Shown here: in pieces, positions 12,371 to 23,930 of the stretch | How positions within the stretch are numbered: the stretch's first letter is position 1 | How the letters are laid out: every line of letters starts with the position of its first letter | Assembly (NCBI RefSeq): GCF_016432865.1 | Contig: NC_067400.1 | Coordinates: forward strand, 518,816,001-518,880,000 | Direction: 5' to 3' | DNA length: 64,000 nt | Source: Antechinus flavipes | Lineage: Eukaryota | Notes under the pieces: generated by a model | Databases searched by the model: none | The model's input: only the letters and a program-made list of their open reading frames with translations | What the model was told of the DNA's origin: nothing | Program-made: the position numbers and the translations under genes

Positions 12371-15349
12371 GTTTGTTTGTTGATTAAACTCAAGACTTAA
12401 GTAGCACTTTAAATTTTCTCCCCCCAATTAGTCAACAAGCATTTTTTTAAGGGCTGTGCCCCATATTGTGCCAAATTTGGGGAATACAAATACAAGGAAG
12501 AAAAAAATAACCCCTCCCCTCAGGGAACTTACATTCTAATGGGGAAGACAATGACAAAAAAATGAAACTGAAAAGCAGTAAAGAGGAATAGGGTGGGAGC
12601 AACTAAAGTGTCTAGAACTGGGATATAGTAAGAAAACTCAGAGTTAAATTTGCAAAATGCTTTATTATCCCCAGGGTCATAGAGCTAGTTTACAAAGCAA
12701 GGAAGGCTGGCCCTGTTTTCACTACATAATGCTATAATGAATTCTTTGATGGAAGGTTAGCGATAGCAACTAAGAAATAAGCTCTTTTCATTTCAATCCC
12801 TTTGGTGTCAGAATAAATGGTACATTTTGCACGGCTCAGTATTTATAGTAAAGCCTGTTATCCTTTGTCAGTAAATCGCTATTGAAAAGCTGAGAGCAAA
12901 ATTAATTCAAAGCTCACCATCCTTTGAAGCAAGGTTTCAACAGTGCCAGCAACTGGAGGCTTTTCATTCTAAGATAGGATTTTTTTCCTTAAGTTTTATT
13001 GAGGGTTTTTGATTTAATACTATAGTAAGGATTTCTAGATACAACTCCTCTGCTCTCCCCATTCCACATACACCTAGTTAAGCAAAACCAGTTGACACAT
13101 GAAGCCCATCTCACTTTGTATGAAGCATTCATCACCCATAGTGTCTCACTTTTCTCAACAAAAGAATTTCTTCATCTCTGGAGCTAAGCCTGGCCATTAT
13201 AATTGCATAATATTCAACTTCAGTTTATTGTCATTTTTTGTTTACATCGTTGTAGTCATTGTATAAATTGTTTTCCTGGTGCTACTTATTTCACTTTGCA
13301 TCATTTCATACAGTTTTCTCAGGTTTCTTTAACTTCCTCATATTTGTTTTTTTTCTCTTGTAGTTTAATAGTGTTCCCTTATATTTGTGTACCACAGTTG
13401 TTTAGCTATTTCTCAAATATAAGATCATAGTCAGGAACTATACTAAGTCATGGGATACAACAAAAGGCAAAAAAAAAAAAATGCAAACATGTTGAGCCAT
13501 TTCAGTTGTATCTAACTCTTTGTGACCCCATTTGGGATTTTCTTAGAAAAGATACTGGGGTCCTTTGCCATTTCCTTCTCCAGCTCATTTTACAAATGAG
13601 AAAACTGAGACAAGTGGGATCAAGTGATTTGTCACACAGCTAATAAGGAGTAGAGATGGAATTTGAATTCAGGTCTTCCTGACCACAGATCCAGTATTCT
13701 CTTTACTGTGCCATCTAGCGTCCAACCTTACTCTCAAAGAGAATCCATTCAAATGAGGGAGACACGTAGAAAAAGGTATTTGTCAGGAAAAGACACAAAC
13801 AGTTATGGAGGGAAGAGAAAGGGGAGAAGAAATGGACCAAGAAAGGCTCCTTGCTTGATGTAGTATTTCAGCTGTATCTTGAAGGAAACCAAGGTGAAGA
13901 AACAGAGTATTTCAAGCTAAGAAACCACAAAGAAGAAAGATGGATTGTAGAACCATACAATTCAATCAATCAACAAGCATTTATTAAATGTTTACTATGT
14001 TCAAGCCTTGGGGATATAAACAAAAAGCAAAAACAGCTTACCTTCAAGAAATTTTCATTCTAACAGTGGAAACAACATATAGAAACCAGAACATACAGGA
14101 TAAACACCAAATAGGTGGACTGTAACTTTGAAGTATGTCACTAACAGGAGGAATAAGAAAATGCTCCTGGGGAACTTGAAGAAGGAAGAAGAAAACAGGC
14201 ATTTATTAAGTACTACTATGTGCTAGATACTATGATAAGCACTTTGAAAATATTATCTTTTTTGATCCACATAACAATCTTGAGAAGCAGAGTCTATTTT
14301 TATCATTGCTCTATTCCCCCTTCCTTTTGCAGATGAAGGAACTGAGGTGAAGGGAGATTAAGTGACTTGCATACAGCAAGTAAATGATCATATCTGAACT
14401 CTGTTCTACTTGACTCAAGCTGAGTTTTAATGGAAACTAGGGATTCTAAGAGCTAGAGTTTAGAAGGGAGAACATTCCAGTCATGGGAAACAATTCGTAC
14501 AAGGTAATTCGAGGGAACAGAGACAGGAAACGAAGCGTCTTGTTTGAAGAACAATAAATTGGTCAAGGTGCTTGGGTTATAAAGTATGTGGAAAGAAGCA
14601 GAATATAAGGAAGAAGGGACCAAATTATCAAGAATTTTAATTGGCAAACAAGAGATTGCATATTTGATCCTGAAATTAATAGGAAAACAGGAGTTCATTG
14701 AATTGGGAAGAGAAAATGGAGAATATGATCAGATACATTTACAGATAGAAATCCATTTGGTGCAAGGCTCTTATTTTACAGATAGAAAAACTGAAATTGA
14801 GAGAGATTAAATAACTACCCTCAACTGACACAGAGGTATAATTGTCACCTAGGTCCTGTTGATTCCAAAGCCAGTGCTCTTTTTACTGTACCTCCTATGT
14901 CTCACATTTTATTTATAAAACTTAAAATTCTTTATGTTAGATATATTATTATGCTATAATAAAACTATAATATAAACAATAAAATAGAACAATAATAAAA
15001 TATAACAAATTGTTTTCTAGAATGATTAGACCAATTTACAGTTCTACCAACAATGTATTAGTATACTTATCTTCCTACTTGCTACAGTTCTTCTGACATG
15101 GACCATTTCTATATTTTTTTCATCTTTGTCCATTTGCTGAGTATGAGGTAAGAGCTTAGAATTATTTTGATTTGCATTTCTCATATTATTTATGATTTGG
15201 TGCAGTCCTTCACTTGGTTACTCATAGTTTGCAACTCTTTTGAGAACTGTTTCCAAGCAAGACTTTTTGTAGTCCCTTTCCTTGGCATAGACCCCTGTAA
15301 TAAAATCTTTGAATAAGCTCCTCTGTTTGCCTATTCCTCCTATCCTCTC

Positions 15350-15620
15350 ATCATCCTGGAGAAGAAAATACTTGGGGAGGGGTGGTGAAAGTTGTGCTCA
15401 CACATGTAAGAGAATGTCATGTGAAAGAGGGATTATACTTGTTCTACTTGGCCCCAAAAGACAGAACTAACTGCAATGCATGGGAGCTACAGAGAAAAAA
15501 TCTAAAACATGGTGGAAAGATTTCCAGCCATTAGAGTGGTCCAGAAATGGAATGAGCTGCCCTCTCAGATCCTGATATCTTTTCATTGATGTTGTCATAT
15601 GGAATCTGGAATTCCTGATA
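15350..15620 (+). mobile_element. L3/CR1 3' fragment. Others near 19100-19450(+), 22870-23110(-), 34200-34570(+), 49150-50000(-)
   Basis: CR1 tail motifs gagggattatacttgttctacttggcccc and gtggtccagaaatggaatgagctgcc. Confidence 0.65.
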
Positions 15621-16220
15621 GTGGAAGATGTTAAAAAGATATTTTTTTCAGATATAGGTGGGATTAAATAGTGTCTGAGGTTTCTCTCAGCTTTGAGTTT
15701 CTTTTTCCCAACCTTACCTAGCTTTTAAAAGAAAATATGCCTAAAACAAACCCAAAACTTCATCAAATTTTTCAAATGCAAAGAGAGGGATTTTTCCATT
15801 CCTCATAAAGATAATTGCTTATGATTGGATTGCTTGATTTTGTGTCCAAGGACCCTAGAGAGCCAGGAAAATTAGAAGAAAAATTTAAGACGGTAGGAAT
15901 GAAAAAGAGAAGAAAATTCTTACATAAGCATCAAATCTCAGAATTTTAGAGGTGGAAGAAACTCTCAATAGCTAATTGGAATAATTGGCACCTGATCTTC
16001 AGTTACATATATACATTCCTTGTTGAGGTTGTTGAATAGTTGATTCCTGTTTAGAACCAAGTTGAACTAAATAACTTCAGAGATTCTTTTTAACTGAAAT
16101 TCTATATCTGGGGTGACTTGCTCCAAATACCACCAATAATTTGTCAATATAGTTATATTGTTCTTTGTTGCTACCTGATTAGGAAGTGGTTGTATACAAT
16201 GCCCATCTGCAGATGGATTT

Positions 16221-16705
16221 TCAACTGTCTTTTTTCAAGGTTCCCCAAGAGATTTTGCTGATATCTCCAATGTTCAGTGATGCAGAATGACGGTGCTAAT
16301 TCTGTTGTTTAGAAAGCAATTACAAGGAGGGTCTTTATGAAATAATTATGAGCAAGCAAATTATTTTTCAGCCTCATACTGTTCTATAATTATTGCTTCT
16401 GCTGTCACTCTTTCCCGGTTAATTAGTGCTGAGATATAGCTTTGTATATTTATTTATAATAATGTATATAAAGATATACATATCTTTTAATATTTTTATT
16501 AAGGAACCATTTTTTAAAACATCTATGTCTTTTAACTTAGTTGTTGGTCTTTTACTGACATAATTGTTTTGTATTGAATTGGATTAAAAGGTAACTAGAG
16601 TCATGAAGTCAAAAGATGAGTGATACAAATAAAAAAGTGAGAAATGCTTACTATACAGAGCTGGCAAAAATATATATCTTTCATTAATAAAGATCCATTT
16701 TAAGC
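16221..16705 (+). repeat. Copy A of an inverted duplicated segment (partner at about 20913-22000)
   Basis: Manual alignment to the reverse complement of 20913-22000; core gattttgctgatatctccaatg.tcagtgatgcagaatgac.gtg.taattctgttg.ttagaaagcaattacaagg. Confidence 0.85.
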
Positions 16706-17339
16706 TTGTATTTCTCTAAATCATGATAATCCTCCATCAGCCTACCTGAGAGAGTCAGGGTAGGAGTTGGTAGTGGTAAAGATGGAGGTAGGAGGGGTAG
16801 CATCCTGATTCAGTGGCAGTAGCAAGAGTCTAGTAGTCAAGATCAGAGTGAAAAGGATGCAGGAACATTCAATGAGAGATAATAGGACTTTTCTCTAGAG
16901 TTACTGCCTATTGTACTCACTCCACTCACTGATGGGTTAGTATCAAGTCACAGGTAGCTAAAACTGAAAATGAGTCAACACTATGGAGTTCCAACTTGCA
17001 CCAGATCTCATGTTCTACTCTTCTAAGCCAATTGTACCATTGCTCTCCATCTATGCTCACTCCATTGTTGATATTTATTTAAAATACTGAATAACAGTAA
17101 GAGCTAGATACAGAATCATGAAACATGCCATCAAAGATCTCCCTTCCTCCTGACACTGATCCATTTATTGTTTTTTATTTGTAAGGAGTTATTAAACAGC
17201 CACGAATCCACTTGATTCTCCTGTCCTTAAACTTATGTTTCTCCATTTTGTCTAAAAAACAATGTGTTATTTTGTCTTGTAGTCTATAAGAATTAGTGTG
17301 TTTTTAGTATAATCCAGCTTAATCAATCTACTAGCCATG

Positions 17340-17432
17340 AAAAATCGGAACAGAAATGAATGCAAGGGATAATGCTGTAAAAAATTACCCTGGCATGCGT
17401 TCTATCAATAAAAGGATAATAAAATTTTAAAA
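17340..17432 (+). mobile_element. 93-bp 5'-truncated L1 insertion with a 15-bp target-site duplication
   Basis: AATCTACTAGCCATG at 17325-17339 and 17433-17447; insert matches the L1 3' terminus (tgcaagggataatg...aaaaaattaccctggcatg...aataaaa). Confidence 0.9.
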
Positions 17433-19616
17433 AATCTACTAGCCATGTAAAAAAAGGAAATAAAATTAATTTGACATGACCTGATCCTAACAAACATTTG
17501 TTAACTTTTAGTGAGCATTGCTTTTTCCTTTCTGCTCATAAACTGTTTAATACCCCTTTCTAGAATTTTGCCTGATTGACTTCACATTTAACAATTTGTA
17601 GTTTCTAATATCTAACTTTTTTCAGTTTTGAAAATCAAGACATGTGCTTGTATCCTGTCTTCTGACATTTATGTTTACTATAATTTTTCATTAATTAATT
17701 AAAGTTATTTTAAATGTTTCTGTTGTTATATTTCACATGAGTTAGTTAGATGGGATAAAATTCATCTGAAATCTGAACTCCTTTCAGATGGTTTAATGTT
17801 CTCTTGCTATCACCATACTTAACCGTGATCTTCAGTTCTCTTACAATCATGTTGGGTTATCTTCCCATCTTTAGCTTTGATGGAGAAGGAAAAAGTGGGA
17901 TTGTGCCTTTCTATTATTTTTTTTATTCTAGGCATTAGCTCCTTTTTTGCCTCTAGTCTTAACTCCTTCTTGGCTTAATCTTACTGACATACTTAAAAAT
18001 CTGTGCTCTTCTGCATTTGCCCTTTTTTGATCTTCCTTCCATCCTTTTTTTTTTTTTTCCTCACCACAGTTTTAGTATTTTTAATGAGCTTTCCATTGCA
18101 ATTCTTGATCATATGCAGTACTCAGAATCCCAGGCACAGGCCCAGACAAAGTGAATTCTGGACCTCCAATTTTTTCCTCCCGTCCTTTATTCATTCCCTT
18201 TTAAAATCAGAACTTATTAGAAATTTCCTTGTGCAATTTCACTGATTTCTTTAAATGCCTAATATTTTCTTTCTTACTAGAATCATTTGTGATTATATAG
18301 TTAGAATTTTGTTTCTAAATACAACTCACCCTTCTTGAGCCGTATTCCCTTTCAAAATTTCTGGCTCTGTTTTTCAAAATAAAAAGTTTTTCATAAAATC
18401 AAGTGTACACTTCTGGCTATGCTTATTTTGTCTTTTCTTTGGTATAATGAATTCTAATAAAACATATTCACTTTCACAAAGGTTCCGGTATTTCAGAACA
18501 CGAATTGATTCCTCCTTGTTATTTGGAATTAAGAAGAAATATAGAAGTATACACAAACTAATAAAACAATTTTGTTATTATCTTGGTATAGTTAGCGTAT
18601 ATTTTATATATATATATATACACATACATATATGTATATATATATATATTTCTTTAAAAAAAACAAACTGCCCATAAAAAGTTCATATTTCTCTTTTTTG
18701 GTTCTTTGTCTATTGAAGTGTATATTGTTAATTATTAACTTTAAAAACTCAAAATTTTAAAAACAAAATTAATGGGGATAATTTCTGAGGCCTTTTCTAG
18801 CTGATATTCTATAGTTATATCAAATAAAATTATTACTGTTTATACAATCGCTTAAGCAAATTTCAAAAGTCTAAAATTCATTGGAAAGATCAATAAATCC
18901 TTGAATCATCAAAGGAAATATGTGTTAGGCTCCAATACTTGGAAAATAATTTTATTTTTATTTCTATAGAGCATTATATAGTTAATGACCCCACAATAAG
19001 GACCTTTCATTTATTTAATGCTCTTCAGTGACACCGGAGGCTTGACCTTCCCTCCACTCTCATAATCATAATCATCCATCATAATCAGAATGAAGAGTCT
19101 CCATGGAAAACACAACTTGTATAAAACCAGATCCAGAGTGGTTGAAGAACTTGGAATGTTTATCTTAAAGAAGACAATTCTTACGACACAAAAAGTTTTC
19201 TTTGATTATTTTAAAGACTGTTGCTAAAAGGATAAGCTAACTGGTTTTGCTGGACTCTAGAGAGTAGTTCTTCCTTAGGTTGCAGAATTTGATTTGAAAT
19301 GAGAAAAAAAATGTGTGTATAATTGTTATCTGAAAATAAAATGAATTTGAAGTTGCTTGACCTTTTATCAGGGTTGTTGTAGAGAGGACTGATATTTATC
19401 AGAGATTAGGCTTAATGATTTCTGAAGTTCTAGCTAATTCTGAGATGTCACGATTTTATCAATTGAAGTCTTGCCTCTGCCTTTTGTTAGTATTGTCTGT
19501 CTGTCATTGGACTTGAACTTTCCATCTCTATGGGAAATGCCAGAGCTTTTGTTTCACTGGGATAGTCTTCAACAGCTTAGAGTCACCTCCGTATCATGGT
19601 GGTTATGGTTGATAGT

Positions 19617-19750
19617 TGTTCTTTGTTCTAAAAGAGGACCAAAATGACATCACTATATAGAGTCAAGCTAGTGTGATCAGTCGGGTGATTAGACCAATTC
19701 GAGCTCAGAATGCTCTGCCACAGGTCATACACAATGGTCCCTATGAACAT
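19617..19750 (-). mobile_element. RTE-tail-derived SINE or RTE 3' remnant; similar piece at about 33325-33430(-)
   Basis: Reverse complement matches the RTE tail at 3230-3365 (gaggaccaaaatgacatcac...gaccaattcgagctc). Confidence 0.65.
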
Positions 19751-20290
19751 ATGTCACATGAGTGCCAGTGGAGAGAGGAAATGAGAAGAAAGGAAAATAA
19801 ATTCCCTCCCCAACATTTTTTCCATATGAAACATAAAGAAATATTAAAACAAATAATGGTTTTAGCTCTGTTCCCCCTGAAATATAATCTCCTTAATCAA
19901 TTATCTTCAGCTTTTTTTTTGCTATAGTGGCTAATATAGGGACATGTATCTGGACATAATTATAATAATTATAGCTCTTCCTCCAAGACATGGATTTTAT
20001 CTACAAAGGATCCCCATAAGAGCTTAAATTTGAGTTACAAGTAATTTCTAACCATAAGTGAAATAATTGTTTAGGGCAGTGTACAGTGAACTAGTACCAC
20101 ATACAATCAGTCTCCAAAAAAAGGAGTTAACCTTGATTTGCCATAATTGGATTTTTCCCCTTATTGAGGTGTGGTGTTTCACAGATCCACTATGAACAGA
20201 ATCAGCTATCAGCCCTTAGGAGAGAAATGTGACCTAGTAATTGCAACTGCAGATATGGGCAGTTAGATGGCCTTAGATGACCCTAAACTG

Positions 20291-20481
20291 CAGGAGTCCT
20301 CAAACTTTTTAATAGGGGGCCAGTTCACTGTCCCTCAGACTGTTGGAGGGCTGGACTATAGTAAAAACAAAAACTTTGTTTTGTGGGCCTTTAAATAAAG
20401 AAATTTCATAGCCCTGGGTGAGGGGGATAAACGTCCTCAGCTGCTGCATCTGACCCGCGGGCTGCAGTTTGAGGACCCCTG
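20291..20481 (+). mobile_element. 191-bp non-autonomous hAT MITE of the OposCharlie1 (OC1) family
   Basis: 16-bp TIRs CAGGAGTCCTCAAACT and AGTTTGAGGACCCCTG (15/16 match). Subterminal gggggccagttcactgtccctcagactgttggaggg matches OC1 non-autonomous elements as I recall them. No clean 8-bp TSD. Confidence 0.85.
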
Positions 20482-20912
20482 TGCCTAAAGAGATGAAATC
20501 CAGAATCTGATAATAAAGAAAAGCTAGACAACATAAACAGAAAAGAGTGGGATTATAATATAGAGCAGAGACAGGTTCCCAAGATCAGAGACTTGAAGCC
20601 TAGTGTTTCCTAGTATGACATCACCAAAAGACATCACATGTCTGTAGCATTACAGGTGTGAGTCACCTTGATCAGTGCATATGTGTCCCTTAGTTGTGTG
20701 TCCTCTCCATTGGTGACCCCATTACATGACTTCCAGGTATGTGTTCTTTCATGTGTGTTAACAAGTCATATGTCTTCTCAGCATGTGTGGTCGATTGTGG
20801 AAGAGGATATCCTATTGGTACACAGATTGAACTGTTTGAATAATTTTTTTTGTTGTTTGAAGTAATATGACTTACAAAAATATTCCCTATAATATCTTTG
20901 TCAAATAGGGGA

Positions 20913-22000
20913 GCTTTGAAACAGACCCTTATTAATGGGCACATACTTTTTTAATAATAGCTTTTTATTTTCAAAATATATGCAAAGATAGTTTTCAACA
21001 TTCACCCTTTCAAAATTTTGTGTTCCAAATTTTTCTCCCTCTCTCCTCCCACTCTCTCCCCATACAAGTACTCTAATGTATGTTAAACATGTGCAGTTCT
21101 TCTGTACATATTTCCACATTTATTATGCTGCACAAGAAAAATCAGATCAAAAAGGAAAAAAAATGAGAAAGAAAACAAAAAGCAAGCAAACAACAACAAA
21201 AAGAGTGAGAATGCTATGTTGTGATCCACACTCAGTCCCCACAGTCCTCTCTCTAGATGCAGATGATGACTCTGTCCATCACAAGGCCATTGGAACTGTC
21301 CTGAAAGCATCTTTTTGTTGAAAAAAGCCATGTCCATCAGAATTGATCATTGCATAATATTGCTGTTGCTATGTACATTGTCCTCTTGATTCTGTTCACC
21401 TCACTTAGTTTCAGTTCATGTTCTCTCCAGGCCTTTCAGAAATCATCCTGCTGATTGTTTCTTATAGCATCCTCTAATTGATGGGCAGCCACTCAGTTTC
21501 GAGTTCCTTGCCACAGCAAAAAGTGCTGCTACAAATATTTTTACACACGTGCACATACTTTTGCCAACTCTAGCATAGTAAGCATTTCTATGAGGCATCA
21601 CTTGCCTGACCTCATGATTCTAGTTATCTCTTAATCCTATTCAATATAAATCAGTTATTTCATAGCAAGAGTACCAAAACCTAAGTTAATAGACACATGA
21701 TTTAAAAATGGATTTCTTAATAAAATTATAAAAAGGCAGATATGTTTACATACATTATTATAAAATAACATAAATAAATATGAAAAGATAGGTCTTAACA
21801 GCTTAACAACAAAGATTGACAGCATTATAGTAATTATAGGACAATATAATAAGAGGTTGAAAAATAATTTGCTAATAATTATTTCATAAAGAAGACCCTT
21901 GTAATTGCTTTCTAATCAACAGAATTATCACTGTCATTCTGCATCACTGACCATTGGAGATATCAGCAAAATCCTTAGGGAACCTTGAAAAGAGACAGAT
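20913..22000 (-). repeat. Copy B of the inverted duplicated segment, split by an L1 insertion
   Basis: Homology to copy A runs over about 21559-22000 and resumes at about 20913-20940 on the other side of the L1. Confidence 0.8.
20951..21550 (-). mobile_element. L1 3' end insertion with a 12-bp TSD
   Basis: GCACATACTTTT at 20939-20950 and 21551-21562 flanks an antisense L1 3'UTR. Confidence 0.9.
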
Positions 22001-23789
22001 TGAGAAACTGAGGCAATCAGGGTTACTTGCCCAGGGACACACAGCTAATAAATGTGGAAGGCTAGATTTGAACTCAGCTCTTCCAAATTCCAAGCCAGGC
22101 TGTCTTTCCACTATACCTCCCAGTTGCCTGTGTTGGAAGAAGAAGAAGAAGAGGAACAAAAGAACCAAGTGAGATTTTCTCATGACAATACATTGTAGCT
22201 TTGGGATCTAGCATTCTTGGAAATCTATTCTAGTGATTAGTTCTAGTGAACTAGAAAGTTTCTAGTGAAGAACAAGTCCTTCTCTTGAATGCGACTTTGA
22301 GGAAGGATCATGAGCTGTTCTTTGCCATGTCTATCTCATCTCAGGACAAATTTGTCTTGAAAATAGACTTAAAGTGCTAGAAAACAATAACTTTGGGGAA
22401 GATTGTTGTATACAATTACTTAATCAGGAAGCAATAAAGAACAATATAACTATATTGACAAGTTACTGGTGGTGTTTGGAGCAAGTCACCCCAGGTATTA
22501 TAGAATTCATTGAAAAAGGATCTATGAGGTTATCTAATTCAACTTGGTTCTAAACAGAACAAACCATTCAAAAACCTCAATGAGGGATGTCATATATCTA
22601 ATTGAAGTTTGGGTGCCAATTATGCTAGTTAGCTATTGAGAGTTTCTTCTTCCTCTAAAATTCTGGGATTTGATGCTTACCCAAGAGTTTTTTCTTCTTT
22701 TCCACTTCTCCTTCTTAAATCTTTGCTTCCAATTTTCCTGGCTCTTTAAGTTCTTGGGCACAAAAGCAAGCAATCACTAAATAATATTATCTTTATAAAG
22801 GATGGAATAATCCCTCTCTTAGCATTTGAAAAAATTGGTGAGTTACTTGTTTTAAGATAGATTTTCTTATAAAAGCCAGGTAAGATTGGTAAACAGAAAC
22901 TCAAGAGCTGAGAAAGACCTCAGCCACTATTTATCCAACCTATATCTGAAAAGAAATCCCTCTGTAACATCTCCCATGAGTGGGAATTCCAAATTCCCTA
23001 TGAAAAGGTACGAGGAACTGACAATGCAGCACATTCCACTTCTGGATCACTTTTACAATTGGAAATCTTTTCACCAAGTCCCAGATTTCCTGTCTACAAC
23101 TTCCATCCCGTTACATTTAGTTCTATGTTTTGGAACAAATAGAACAAGTGTAATCCTCTCACATGACATTTTTTATATGTGTGCACATAGCTCTCACCCA
23201 ACTTCTCAAAATATTTTTTTCTCCAAGATGATGAAAGAATAGGAGATGATGCTATAAGCAAATAGAGGAGCCCATTAAGAGGTCTTACCAAAAGAGCCTA
23301 TCTCAAGGAAAGGAGACCACAAAAGATTTTGCAAATTATTCTCAAAAGAATTACAAACTATGAGTAACCAAGTGAAGGATTGTTCTAAATCACAAATAAT
23401 AAGAGAAATGCAAATAAAAACATCTTAATAGCATTAAGGTATAATTTAGCATAAATTACTAGATATAAATGTTATTCACTCCAGGGCCAGCTATCTGTGG
23501 TTTCTGGGACCATTCTTCTGCCTTCAGTTACAATATGTGTCTAATAATCATTTCCCATCCATAATTGTGATGATATTCTGCAGCCTGTCCACATTTACCA
23601 TTCATCTTCTTATTAATCTATATATATAGTTTCTCTTCATTTTCAGTTAAATATCTTTGGAAATATATTGGTGATAAAGTAATAGATTATTTTGAAATTT
23701 TAGCAGCTAGGGCTTATTGAAGGTCTTGAAATGTCACAATTCCCAGCCTTCTCCTCCTTCCTTGTCTCCTTATTGTTCTACTTTTTCCT

Positions 23790-23930
23790 TTTCCTCCTCC
23801 CCTTTTTTTACTCTTCATCTTCTTCATCTTTTTCCTTCTCTTCCTCCTTTTCTTCCTCCTCTTCCTCCTGCTCCTCCTCCTCCTCTCTTCCTCCTCTTCC
23901 TTTTTTTTTTCTCTTTCTCCTTCCTCTATG
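23790..23930. repeat. (CCT/TCT)n-rich simple repeat
   Basis: cttcctcctcttcctcctgctcctcctcc... Confidence 0.9.

Noticed and set aside
16238-16326. Duplicated core as a coding exon or C/D snoRNA
   Set aside because: An acceptor-like tttttcaag is present in both copies, but all three frames hit stops and the copies differ by a frameshift; there is no canonical UGAUGA...CUGA box pair with a terminal stem.
20281-20490. 8-bp TSD for the OC1-type MITE
   Set aside because: Immediate flanks ctaaactg and tgcctaaa do not match; not claimed.
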